Assembly (NCBI RefSeq): GCF_963921235.1
Contig: NC_086097.1
Span: 182,964,001-183,028,000 of the forward strand
DNA: 64,000 nucleotides
Source: Mobula hypostoma
Lineage: Eukaryota
Direction of reading: 5' to 3'
Position 1 is the stretch's first letter. Every line of letters starts with the position of its first letter. A program made the position numbers and the translations under genes. Of this stretch, positions 13,006-25,000 are shown in pieces. The notes under the pieces are model-generated. The model was not told where the DNA came from, searched no databases, and saw only the letters and a program-made list of their open reading frames with translations.

Positions 13006-16000
13006 GTGAGGAACCTCTCCCTTCCCCCGATGTCAACCTGTTTTAAAGCGAACAGCTTGGAATAGATAACAGCACATCGTGAATCTTTGATCATTACAGA
13101 ACCGCACAAGATCACTAACGTTTCCCCATCCGAATCTCAACCACAGAGAAAAATTTCAGTCCACCCCTGCCTCCCACAGGAGCTCATCAATAACCCCTAT
13201 CATCCCAGAACCCTGTAAAACCCTGACCCTGACCCTGACCCTGACCCACTGGGCAAAGCTTCAACCCTGTGTTCCTGCCCTTGTTGTTGTCTGTAATCTC
13301 CCTTGTGACCCTCAGCTTCATGTCCCCTTTTACCATGAGCCAAATCACTGCTGCCCCCCCCCCCGAAGTAGAGCTGTCACAACACTCCCCCTTGGACATT
13401 TACCTCTCCTCCGGCACCTGCCTCTTCCACACCCTCCATATAATCTGCTTTCTCACAAATTGACCCCCCCCCCACAGTCTGACTCTGATCTCCCATTCAC
13501 TGAGCTAGTCCCTAACTGCCCCACTGCCTGACTGTGGGCACCCCTCCTGCTCCCGTCTGACTCACACCCCACCCACCTTGAGCCTTGTCCCTTCGCTCAT
13601 GCACTGATGTATTGGGTACGTAGACGTGGAGACTCACTGGGGTTCTTCTTTCACAGTGGATGGTCACTGGTCGAACTGGTCTCCGTGGAGTGACTGTTCC
13701 ACTTCTTGTGGAGGGGGAAAGCAGCAGCGATTCCGATTCTGTTCCAACCCCCCTGCCTCTGGCAGTGGTCTGCCCTGCAATGGCCCTGAACAAGAAGATT
13801 CTCCCTGCAACATGCAGCCCTGTGCTGGTGAGTGCCAGCAACGGGGAGGGGGGCCAGAGGGAATATTATTGTGCGGGGGAGTGAGAAGGGAACTGGGTAG
13901 GGATACGAGATAGGATTGGGAGAGAGGACAGAGTGAGATATTACAGTGAGGGTAATGGCAGGGTGGGATTCAATGGGGTATGATGTGAAATGGCAGTGGG
14001 GTGTGTGAGAGTCACTCCGCTGACCAGTGGACATGAATCCTATGAGACCTTTGGATTAGAAGCTCATCCTAGCAGGAGTTTGGGATGAAGGTTTCTGCTC
14101 AGTGCTGATCAGTTCACTTCTAATTCTTTTCTTGGTCGGTATTTCTGTTCAAGTCACACTGATCTACCTCATTGCAGAGTCCGGACAGTGGGGTGATTGG
14201 GCTGCGTGGACAGACTGCTCACGGACCTGTGGAGAGGGTGTGCGATTTCGCAGCCGACTCTGTGACAACCCTGCTCCACAGGGTGACGGAGATTTCTGCG
14301 TGGGTCCAGGCACCGTGTCCGAGCTGTGCTCCAAAGGGCAATGCCCAGGTAACGGTCTGAGGGAATTAAAATGGAAGCACTCAGCAGGTCAAGGAATATG
14401 TGAGGAGGGAAAAGGAGGGAGGAATATATGAGGAGGGAAGGGGAGGGAGGAATATATGAGGAGGGAAGGGGAGGGAGGAATATGTGAGGAGGGAAGGACA
14501 GGGAGGAATATGTGAGGAGGGAAGGACAGGGAGGAATATGTGAGGCGGGAAGGACAGGGAGGAATATGTGAGGAGGGAAGGGGAGGGAGGAATATGTGAG
14601 GAGGGAAGGACGGAAGGAATATGTGAGAAGAGAAGGGGAGGAATGTCACTTGCAGAGTCTTAACAAATCCCAACATGAAAACAAGGAGCCTTTTACCTTT
14701 GTCCTGGCCTACTTTAGCCCACAGGACTGAACACTGATATCAGCTGTTCTAATGTGTGACTGGCCCGTCTGCTGTGAGAGGATCCTAGTTAATGTTGGGA
14801 CATGTTACTCTTGCATCTCTTTGGGATTTGGCCACAGACAAGCTCCTCAGTCTCATGCTGATAGGAAAACAGGTTGCAGGGTGTGTTGTGCTGAGGGCAT
14901 AGTGATTCTGCCACAGGATGCAGATAGAGTGAGTGAGTGAGTGGATGAAAATCAAAAGGAGTGTAATGTGGGGAAGACTGAGATGCACTTCAGTGAGGGG
15001 AATTAAAAGGGATCGAAGTGTTCAAGTGCATGAGTCACAAAAGGTTTGCAGGTATATTCAGCAAGTAGTTGAAAAGGCAAACAGCATTTGGAGTTGAGAA
15101 ACAGAGCTGTTTTGTTTCAATTGCACAGGGTGTTGTTGATGCCACATCAGTACAGTTGTGCACTGTTTTGGATTCCTTACCCAAGAAAGGATATAGTAGT
15201 ACAGAAGGCAGTTCAAAGGAGATTCACCACACTAATTCACATTAAGAAGGTTTTCCTATCAGGAAAGGCTAGTTTGTTTAGGTCTATTTTAGGGAATTTT
15301 TCAGTAGTGGATAATTCTTGAACAAGTGCTATTGAACATCAAGATAAGAAACCGGTCATTTAAAATTGAGATACGCAGAAATTTCTTCTCTCGGAGGATG
15401 GTGAATATCGGGAATTCTCTTTCTCCAGGATGGCAGACGTACAGAGGGCTGTCACCCCGTCACCAAACTGTTCTGAAGTTTAAACAGAGAAATGCCATTT
15501 TTATACTGAAGTGACTAGCAGTTACAGATACTGGGCTGACTACACGCTTGCTGTAAATCATCCTTGCTTGGTCATCATCCAACCGTTATCTTGCTGCAGC
15601 TTCCACAGATCCATGGGCCAAATGCGGGCAGATGGGACTAGCTTGCTTGGCGTGAATGAATTGGGCTGAAGGCCCTGTTTCCATGTTGTATGACTGTAGG
15701 ATGGTGATGGCCAGATTGTTAGTAGAGATAGATAAATATTTTAAAGATTGAGGATATGAGGACGATGGGGAATGGCACAGAAGGGGAGTGGAGAGTAGCA
15801 TAGATCATATCAAATGGTGCAGCAAGCCACCCCTATTCCTGCTCCTCTGTTCTTGAACTTTGGGGGCCTGAGTAAGTTCCCTTCAATATTCACCACACTC
15901 TCTCTCAACTGTACTTTTACACTGTGGCCCATTCCCCTGTTGAATTAGTTTAAATCTTCCCCAACAGCACAGCAGGTGTTGCCTATCTCACTTTTACAGT

Positions 16001-19000
16001 TTGCGCCTTCCCCAGAAATGGCCTTAGTGATACAGAAATCAAAAGTCCTCCCTCAAACAGTATCCCCTTAGCCTCACAGTCACTGGATCTATTGTGCTGT
16101 ATCCACATTTGTATGGGGTACTGGAAATTATCCAGAGTTACAACCTTTAAGGTCTAGTTCATTAGCCTTTGACCTTGCCCTCCCAGTTCATGGCAGGATT
16201 TCCTGGCTCTGACCTGTGTCATTAGCACTTGCACATACACCTCTCTAGCTAATTACCCTCCATTTTTAGAAAGCCTCATAGCCACTTTGAGGCATTTCTG
16301 ACTGGTGCCAGGGAGGTAACACATCATCCACACCAGGTCACAGAAATGTTTGTCTGTTCCTTTCACAATCAAATTATCTATCACTAGAGCTCTCCTGGTT
16401 TTTCCCAGCTGCCCTCTGCAGCAGAACCAATAAACTGGGCTACTTCCCCTCAAGAGGCCATTCCTTCCCAATGTTATCCTAAACAATGTGTCTGTTTAGA
16501 CTTGCGTTAACAGTGAGGTGGCTCGGTGGCAGAGTGGTTAGTGTAGCTCTTCACCATGCCATTGATCAAGATTGGGGTTCAATGCCTGCCTTCGTCTGGT
16601 CTCCCTGTGGTCATGCGTCTTTCCTCTGAGTGCTCTGGTCTCCTCCCACATTTCAAAGACGTATGGGCAGGTAAGTGTGGGCATGCTTTGTTGGCACCCG
16701 AAACCTAGTAACAGCTGTGGGCTGCACCTAACATAGTTCTGGGATTGTGTTGGTCATTGATGCAAACAATCCATTTCACTATATGTTGCACTGTTTCTAT
16801 GTACATGTGGGCTGGCCACAGGGGGCTGCTGCACTACCTGCCAGTGCCCACTGCTCTGCTTGAAGGTCACCCATGCCTTTCTACCTCTTCTGACAATAAT
16901 TGTGGGGTGACTAGTTCTCGAACTGTTCCACTCACCATGTGCTCAAAATCACAGACGTTCCACGGTGAATCTATCCACAGCTCCAGATGCACAATGATGT
17001 CAGTCAGGAGCTGCAGTTGGACACATTCCTGCACACATGGTCACCAGAAACACTGGAGATGGAGACACAAGACTGCAGATCCTGGAATCTGAAGAAAAAA
17101 ATGCAAACTGCTGGTGGAACTCAGTGGGTCCGACAGCATCTTTGGGGGGAACGGACAGCTGACATTTCGGTTTGAAACCCGTTTTCCTCCGCAGAAGCTG
17201 CCTGCCTCCAGAGTTTGCTTTTCAACTGGTAATCCCTCTGACATTTCATGTAGTTTGTGAGGAAAACTCATGAAGCTGATTTTGTTTTGCTATGGCTAGT
17301 TCTTGGTACTGTGAATTAAGGAAGGAACTTATTACTCTCAAAGTACTACCTGTTGGAGTCTAAAGTCCCTCTCTTAGTGAATTAAAACAGTAAATAAATG
17401 CAAAGGTAGCCAGCTGTTGCTATTCACAAGTCATCAGCTTCACCAAAGCCCTCACGCTGGGACCACTGCACTCTGAGACTGATAAGCTAGGTTTGTTTTC
17501 TTTGCAACACAGAGAGTTGCGAGACGTAATTGAGGTGAGAGAAAAGAATTATGATGAGCCTCAAATGAGTAAATTATCTTTTTCTCTCAGTGGAAGGGTC
17601 AAACACCAAAGGCCAGGGATTTAATGTAATCAGTGGAAGGATGAGGTGGGGATCCAGGGAATTTTGCCCCAGAAATTGGTGGAGATCGGACATCACTGCC
17701 TGAAAGAGTGGGAGAGGCAGAAGGACTCTCTACATTTATGCTAGACCTGTACATGTGTTGAAGGGCTGCAACCTGCAGGGCCATGGATCCAGTGGAGAAG
17801 GTGAGATTTGACTATGGAGTTATTAATTGGCCAGCACATGACAGCCGTCCAAAAAGCTTCTTCCTTTGGTATTATTTTCTGAGATTCTGGTGCTCCTGAT
17901 TTTAATTCCAAGGGTCCGTGTGAATGTTGAGCAGGCAAATGGGGTCAGTGGGCTCCAACTCCATCAGTTTTTTTCTGACCATTGCTCCATTTTATTTCAG
18001 ATACAGATTGTTCATCCATCATTGGTTCTGTGTACGACCCCTGTGGACCTGCTTGTCCTCGAACCTGCTCTGACTTCATGGTAACTATCACCTTCCTTAT
18101 CTCCTGGGCTTCTATTCAAGAAAAGGTTACAAGTTCTTAATGGTCAAATGAGGTTGTGTTTCAAAGCCAGCCATAACTGAGGTCAAACCCCATTGGTTAA
18201 ACTGGAACCAACTGAGGTCACTTTCCATTGGCAAGAGTTAACATCCCACAAATTAGAGTCTGACTCCACAAGCTGGGGTCAAACTACCACACAATAAGAT
18301 CAAAGCACCATACATCAGGGTCACAGTTATTGATGGGGTCAAAGCATGGGCGATTAGGGTCAAGCTGCTGTTCACTGGAGTGAAACCACAACTCAGGACC
18401 AAAGCACTGCTCACTGTGCTTGATATGTTTGTACCTCACTGCACGTCTCTTTACCTGTCACTGGTATATACGGTGTATTCACATCACTACTGTGTTTCTG
18501 TCTGTTACTCTTTTTTCAGCTCTGTATCTGGAGCTGTGAACCAGGTTGCTACTGTACAAACGGCAAGGTGTTAAATGAGAATGGAACCACATGTGTTGAT
18601 CGGCAGGACTGCTCATGTCTTGATTTAGTGACCAGGAAAAGATACTTACCAGGTACAGTCGTACCTGCAAATGATGGATGCAATAACTGGTGAGTGTCAC
18701 GCTCGTGCTTCCTGATCAACAAACCTCACCCTCTCTAGAAAGTGACCACTCAGTTGAACTACAAACCGGTGCTCTTGTAGGACCTGTCATTACACAAGAA
18801 AACAAGAAACGAGGAGCAGGAGGAAGCCATCAACAGGGGATGTAACTGCAGTTAAGAGGACTGGTCATTTAAAACTGAGTATCTTCTCCCAGAGGATGTC
18901 GATCTCTCGAGAATTCTCTGCACTGGAAGGTGGTAGAAGTTGAGTCAAAAACAGAATTAGGTTTAATATCATTGGCATATGTTGTGAAATATGTTGTTTA

Positions 19001-22000
19001 GCCCCAGTGCATAAACGGAGAGAAAAAAGAAAAAAAAATTGGTATAACAGCAGTCAAGTGTGTTGGCTACTCTGGTTCCACAGACTGCATGTTGGTGGTA
19101 GTTGTTGAGAGAATTCTTTAATCTGGCCTGGTTGAAATCCTCACAATGATAGGGAAGCAACAGGATGTGCTATTTTCTGACTGCTGATCACGGTGCTCAG
19201 TTTCTTCAGTGCCTGCCTGTCATTGGCTGAAAGGGGAATGTACACTGCAGAAAACTCCTTTGGCAGGGAAAATGGGCAAAATTTGGCTGCTAGATGTTCC
19301 AGGTCGGGTGAGTAGGACTGAGACAGAACTGTTATGCCCGAGAACCATGAGTTAATCGTGGAGCATGATCCCCTCCTCTACATTTAAAAGACTCAACTGA
19401 ACTGCCTTTGTGGAGAATGGTGAGGGCATTGGGCTGTACTGCTTCATCCAAAATGGAGGAGGATAGCCATGCTTCTATAAATCAAAGAACACCACAGTCC
19501 CTGATGTCCCTCTGGTATGGCAAAATTGCTATAAGATATTCAATTTTATTTTGCCGAGACTGTACATTTGTCAGTAGGATAGTTGAGAGTGGAGTCTAAA
19601 GTCTCTGCATTTCAATCATATTTGCAGACTGGCTTGCCTTCTCATCTTCTGTTTTCTTAAAGGGGGACTGCACTTGCAACTTGAATCTGCTGTACCCATA
19701 TTTGTGACTTTGGATCTCAGCTGTAGTAGTCCTAGTCATAGATTCATCAATTAATACAGAAGAGAGCAGTCTCTTCAGCCCAGCAGATCCAGGTCAACCA
19801 AGAGGCCTTGCTAAGCTAGTTCCATTTGCCCATGTTCAGTCCTATCCCTCTAAACCTCTCCTATCCGTGTACCGAACCAAATGCCTTTTAAATGTTCTAA
19901 TACGTCTGCGGTATCAGATGGACTAATTTAAAATTACATTGTAAAGACATAGTGGAGTTGCACTTTGCTCACCAGTTCCCCTTCACTACATTGTGCCACT
20001 GCTCTTTCATTTCCTTCTAATTTATTAAACCTTCTGTTGTTCTTGAAACCCTCCCTGCTCCTTGTTAGTTTAAAGCCCTGTCTACAACCCTAGTTATGTA
20101 ATTCAGCAGGACATGGTAAATTCGGGTATTGTCATCACAGGTACTAAGGTACAATGAAAATCTTTGATGTGCATAACATCAATTTCATTACACGGTGCAT
20201 TGAGGAAATACAAGGGAAAACGATAACTAAATGCAGAATTGAGTGCACAGATATAGAGAAGGTGCACTGGAAATAGACAATTGGTCATAATATTAGGTCG
20301 AAAGTCTTGTCCATCCCAAGGGTACAACTCTTTCCTCCCCAGTACTGACGCAAGTGTCCCATAGATAGGAACCCATTTCTCCCCAGGACTGACGCAAGTG
20401 TCCAGTAGATAGGAACCCATTTCTCCCCAGTGTTGGCGCGTGTCCCGTAGATAGGAACCCATTTCTCCTCAGTACTGATGCAAGTGCCCCATAGATAGGA
20501 ACCCATTTCTCCCCAGTGATAACGCAAGTGTCCCGTAGACAGCAACCCATTTCTCCCCAGTACTGATGCAAGTGTCCCGTAGATAGGAACCCATTTCTCC
20601 CCAGTGTTGACACGTGTCCCGTAGATAGGAACCCATTTCTCCCCAGTGATAACGCAAGTGTCCCATAGATAGGAACCCATTTCTCCCCAGTGTTAACGCA
20701 AGTGTCCCGTAGATAGGAGCCCATTTCTCCCCAGTGTTGACGCGTGTCCCGTAGATAGGAACCCATTTCTCCCCAGTACTGATGCAAGTGTCCTGTAGAT
20801 AGGAACCCATTTCTCCCCAGTACTGATGCAAGTGTCCTGTAGATAGGAACCCACTTCTCCCACCCATCTTCATCTCTCTAATCCTCTTTACTTTTTGCCA
20901 ATTTACACACGGCTCGGGTAGTGATCTGGAGATTATTGCTCTTGTGGCTGTGCTTTTGAATTTTGTCCCAAGCTATCTCCTTCCTTATCCTAGCTACATC
21001 TCTTGTGCCCACCCGGGTCCTTCTCCCATTCCAAGCTCTTCACCAGTACAGGAAAGGGGTCCTTAACCTTAGCAACAAGTAGACAATACAATCTTCAGGT
21101 CCTGGTGTCTCTGTTGCATATAACCCTCTCCATTCCCCTCAAAATGCTATCTGCTGTAACTACTGCATTTCTCATTTCAGCCCCAACTGGCATCACGTTC
21201 AGCCTCCCTGCAGTCCTCACCCTCGACCACACAGGAAGCAAGAACCCCGTACCTGTAAAGGAGTAGGAGTTGGACAACATGAAAACTGGCTCTTTTGCCT
21301 AACTGGTCCATGCAAATTAAGATGCCCTGCCTAACTGGTCCATGCAAATTAAGATGCCCACCTAAGACAGTCCTACTTTCCCATGTTTGGCTCATATTCC
21401 CTTTACATAACATACATAATGGCTTCGTCTGTCTAAGTAGACAATGGATGCGCCCGTCTGGGGTGCAGACCTGGCGATGAATATGGAGATCCTGGGCTGC
21501 CCAGACATCAAGATCCTCCTCTCGGCCTCACAGATGTGGCCCAAAGGAATGCGAAGCAGTACATTTGGCATCAGCTTGGCTGCAGGAGCTGCCGGGAGGT
21601 GACGTGAGGGGCTCCACTCCGGATTTGTGTAGAGTTTACTCCTTAGCCTTCTCTTCTCCCGAAGATACCCACAAGGCAGTGGGATCCGTAACCCTGGACA
21701 GGGGCCCATACCGGGTACTGTCAGCCGGAGCCAGCTGAGCCCAGGATTCGTGTAAGGCAGGGTCGTCACGCCCTGTAGTAGTGACATATGGAGCCACTAC
21801 CCACTATTCCCTTTAAACTTTTCTTATCCACAGAGCTGTCCAGGTTAAATATTGTTATTGTATCTGCCACTACTCCTTCCTCTGGAAGTCTTTCCAGATA
21901 CTGTGCACATCATTCTCTGCTTAAGGAAGGTGTCCTTAGGTCCCTTTTAAATCTTTGTCCCTCTCATCTTAACATTTCCTGAAGGGCTGAGGCTCCAAAC

Positions 22001-25000
22001 AGAACTAATCCCTGGGTCCTCCTACCTTGTCCCTTTAGTGGTCACATTGTTCTGTCCCTCACCATTCACCATTTAAAGCAAATTAATCCAAGCAACGTAA
22101 CTTCCTCCAGACCGTATCTGGGTAATTTGCCTCCTCCCTTGTGTGTCACAGTGTGCACAGCTCTGACTCCAGCTTAGGCCCTGAACTGAAATTCCTCGAG
22201 CAGTCAACACTCACTGCATGTGGTCACTGTTTAGCATAGGGGGGTCCACCAGTCCCTGTAACATCGGAATCTCAAGCACTTGACTGATAAACATGATGGT
22301 TTCTACCTTCAACAAGACATTGCTTCCTTTCATTTATTTTTGAGGATTGGAAGGGAGTGGTCAAGACCCAGGTAACTGCTCTGCTGGCCTTTTACGCAGG
22401 AATTCAGCTGCATTTTTTCCAGCTGAGGTCACTCCTACCCTTTCACACTGGCATGGCCCTTTCTTGCTGAAGGCAGAAGCAAGGTCCAGGGTTAGATTTT
22501 CAGCCTCTAAAGCAGACAGGTGTGGAGGCCCACAATCTGGAAGGAGGTGGATTCAGATGAATCAGAAGGCATGGGATCCAGGGAAGTTTGGCCAGGTGGA
22601 TTCAGAATTGGCTTGCCTGCAGAAGGCAGAGGGTCATGGTGGAGGGAGTACATTCAGATTGGAGGGTTGTGACTAGTGGTGTCCCACAAAGATCTGTTCT
22701 GGGACCTCTACTTTTCATGATTTTTATTAACGACCTGGATGTTGGGGTAGAAGGGTGGGTTGGCAAGTTTGCAGATGACACAAAGGTTGGAGGTGTTGTG
22801 GATAGTGTAGAGGATTGTTGAAGATTGCAGAGAGACACTGATAGGATACAGAAATGGGCTGAGAAGTGGCAGATGGAGTTCAACCCGGAGAAGTGTGAGG
22901 TGGTACACTTTAGAGGGACAAACTCCAAGGCAGAGTACAAAGTAAATGGTAGGATACTTGGTAGTGTGGAGGAGCAGAAGGATCTGGGGGTACATGTCCA
23001 CAGATCCCTGAAAGTTGTCTCACAGGTAGATAGGGTAGTTAAGAAAGCTTATGGAGTGTTAGCTTTCATAAGTGGAAGGATAGAATTTAAGAGTCGCGAG
23101 GTAATGATGCAGCTCTATAAAACTCTGGTTAGGCCACACTTGGAGTACTGTGTCCAGTTCTGGTCGCCTCACTACAGGAATGATCTGGAAGCATTGGAAA
23201 GGGTACAGAGGAAATTTACCAGGATGCTGCCTGCTTTAGAGAGTATGGATTATGATCAGAGATTAAGGGAGCTAGGGCTTTACTCTTTGGAGAGAAGGAG
23301 GATGAGAGGAGACATGATAGAGGTGTACAAGATATTAAGAGAAATAGATAGAGTGGATAGCCGGCGCCTCTTCCCCAGGGCACCACTGCTCAATACAAGA
23401 GGACATGGCTTTAAGGTAAGGGGTGGGAAGTTCAAAGGGAATATTAGAGGAAGGTTTTTTACTCTTCCTCTAGAGTGGTTGGTGTGTGGAATGTACTGCC
23501 TGAGTCAGTGGTGGAGGCTGATACACTAGTGAAATTTAAGAGACTACTAGACAGGTATATGGAGAAATTTAAGGTGGGGGGTTATATGGGAGGCAGGGTT
23601 TGAGGGTCAGCACAACATTGTGGGCCGAAGGGCCTGTACTGTGCTGTACTGTTCTATGTTCTATTCTCATTCCTCAGTTCTGTATGCTCATCCACACGGT
23701 TTCAGACCGAGTTTGATCTCAGAACGTTAGAATTAGCACGGTACAGTGCAGCAAGAGACTCTTCAGCCTATCATGTTGTGCCAAACTAATTAAGTTAATG
23801 ACATCTAAACCCTTCTGCCTCACATGGTCTGTATTCCTCCATCTGAGGTGGTGGAGTTTCCTGCTGCCCTTCTTGGTGGTAGAGGTTGATGGTTTGGAGG
23901 TTGATGGTTTAGAGGTTGATGGTGTTGGAGTAGCTTCAGTGACCAATGGCACCTTCACCATTTGGAATTCTCCGAATTCAAGACTTACCAACATTTTCTC
24001 AAGAGCCACTAGGGATGGACAGTTAATGCTGACCTTGTCAGTGACACCCAGATCCCAGAAATTAATAAGTTTAATGCTCAAAGATCTGAGTAACTGTATG
24101 TATTTTTCACATTTTAACTGAGTGGGTGGTGTGATTGTGGTGAATTCAGTGGTACTAGATCATTGCACATTCTGGCCAAGGAAAGCTGGTTTACAATCTA
24201 CTGTTTGGATGCAGTAACATTCACTTTCTTTTGGTTGCAGTTCCTGCGTGGAGGGTGAGCTGATCTGCACCAGTAACCCCTGTGACGGTAGGTATCGGCG
24301 TGTGCACTGGCCTGATGTCTGTGTCTGTGGCTGACCAGTTAAACAACCGACAACAAGGTGATGGTAATGATGGACTTTGTCAAATGATGCCATGAAATGG
24401 GTTCATGAAGGGAAGCTGACAAACCTGATGGAGTTCTTTAAGGATGTAACCAGCAGGGTAGATAACGTAGAACGAAATGTTATCTGTGATTTTCCCACAG
24501 TCGCAAGACGAATCGGTTAGTAGGTTAATTGATCATTGTAAATTGACCTGTTAAATAGGTGGGTTCCTTGGTGGTGTGACTCATTGGGCTGGAGGGGCCT
24601 GTTCTGCGCCATGTCTTAAATAAATAATTTCAAAAGCCTTGATATAATTATGGAGTTATCGAACGTACAGGTCAGAAACAGGCCCTTTGGCCCACTGTAT
24701 CCATGCTGACAGTGATGCCTTTCTACACTAAACCCATTTGCCTGCATCGGGCCCATATTCCCTCTACTCCTTCCCTGTCCAAGTGCCTGTTCAAGCACCT
24801 TTTAAATATTAGCTCAGACAAATACTACAAATAAAACCAGAAGATCGTGGAAACATTCAGCAGGCCAGGGAGCATCTGTGGAAAGAGGAAGATTTAATCA
24901 GAACTGAGACCGAGAGAATACGAAGTTGTTCTTAGTTCAAAGTCAAAGTAAAATTTATTATCAGAGTACATATGTGTCACCACATACAACCCTGAGGTTC

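Noticed and set aside
13220..13247. Interstitial telomeric repeat
   Set aside because: Only 4-5 copies of the variant TCAGGG, no TTAGGG.
13657..14348. Alternative identity as hemicentin, ADGRB/BAI, semaphorin-5 or ADAMTS
   Set aside because: TSRs alternate with TIL and vWC-like modules, an arrangement characteristic of SCO-spondin; no Ig, sema or protease domains seen.
16517..16590. tRNA gene
   Set aside because: A and B boxes are present but no cloverleaf; continues into a SINE body.
20335..20862. CRISPR-like repeat-spacer appearance and long ORFs in three minus frames
   Set aside because: The variable parts are short variants of one sequence, not unique spacers; no cas genes; vertebrate intron; ORFs arise from the repeat.
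22588..23529. Domesticated or active reverse transcriptase gene
   Set aside because: 5'-truncated, with an in-frame stop and a frameshift; ordinary CR1 copy. The same applies to the 32857 and 61508 ORFs.
19930..23665. One CR1 with a 5' inversion (minus ORF1 head-to-head with plus ORF2)
   Set aside because: The minus part is heavily decayed and interrupted while the plus part is nearly intact; no shared TSD seen, so independent insertions are more likely.
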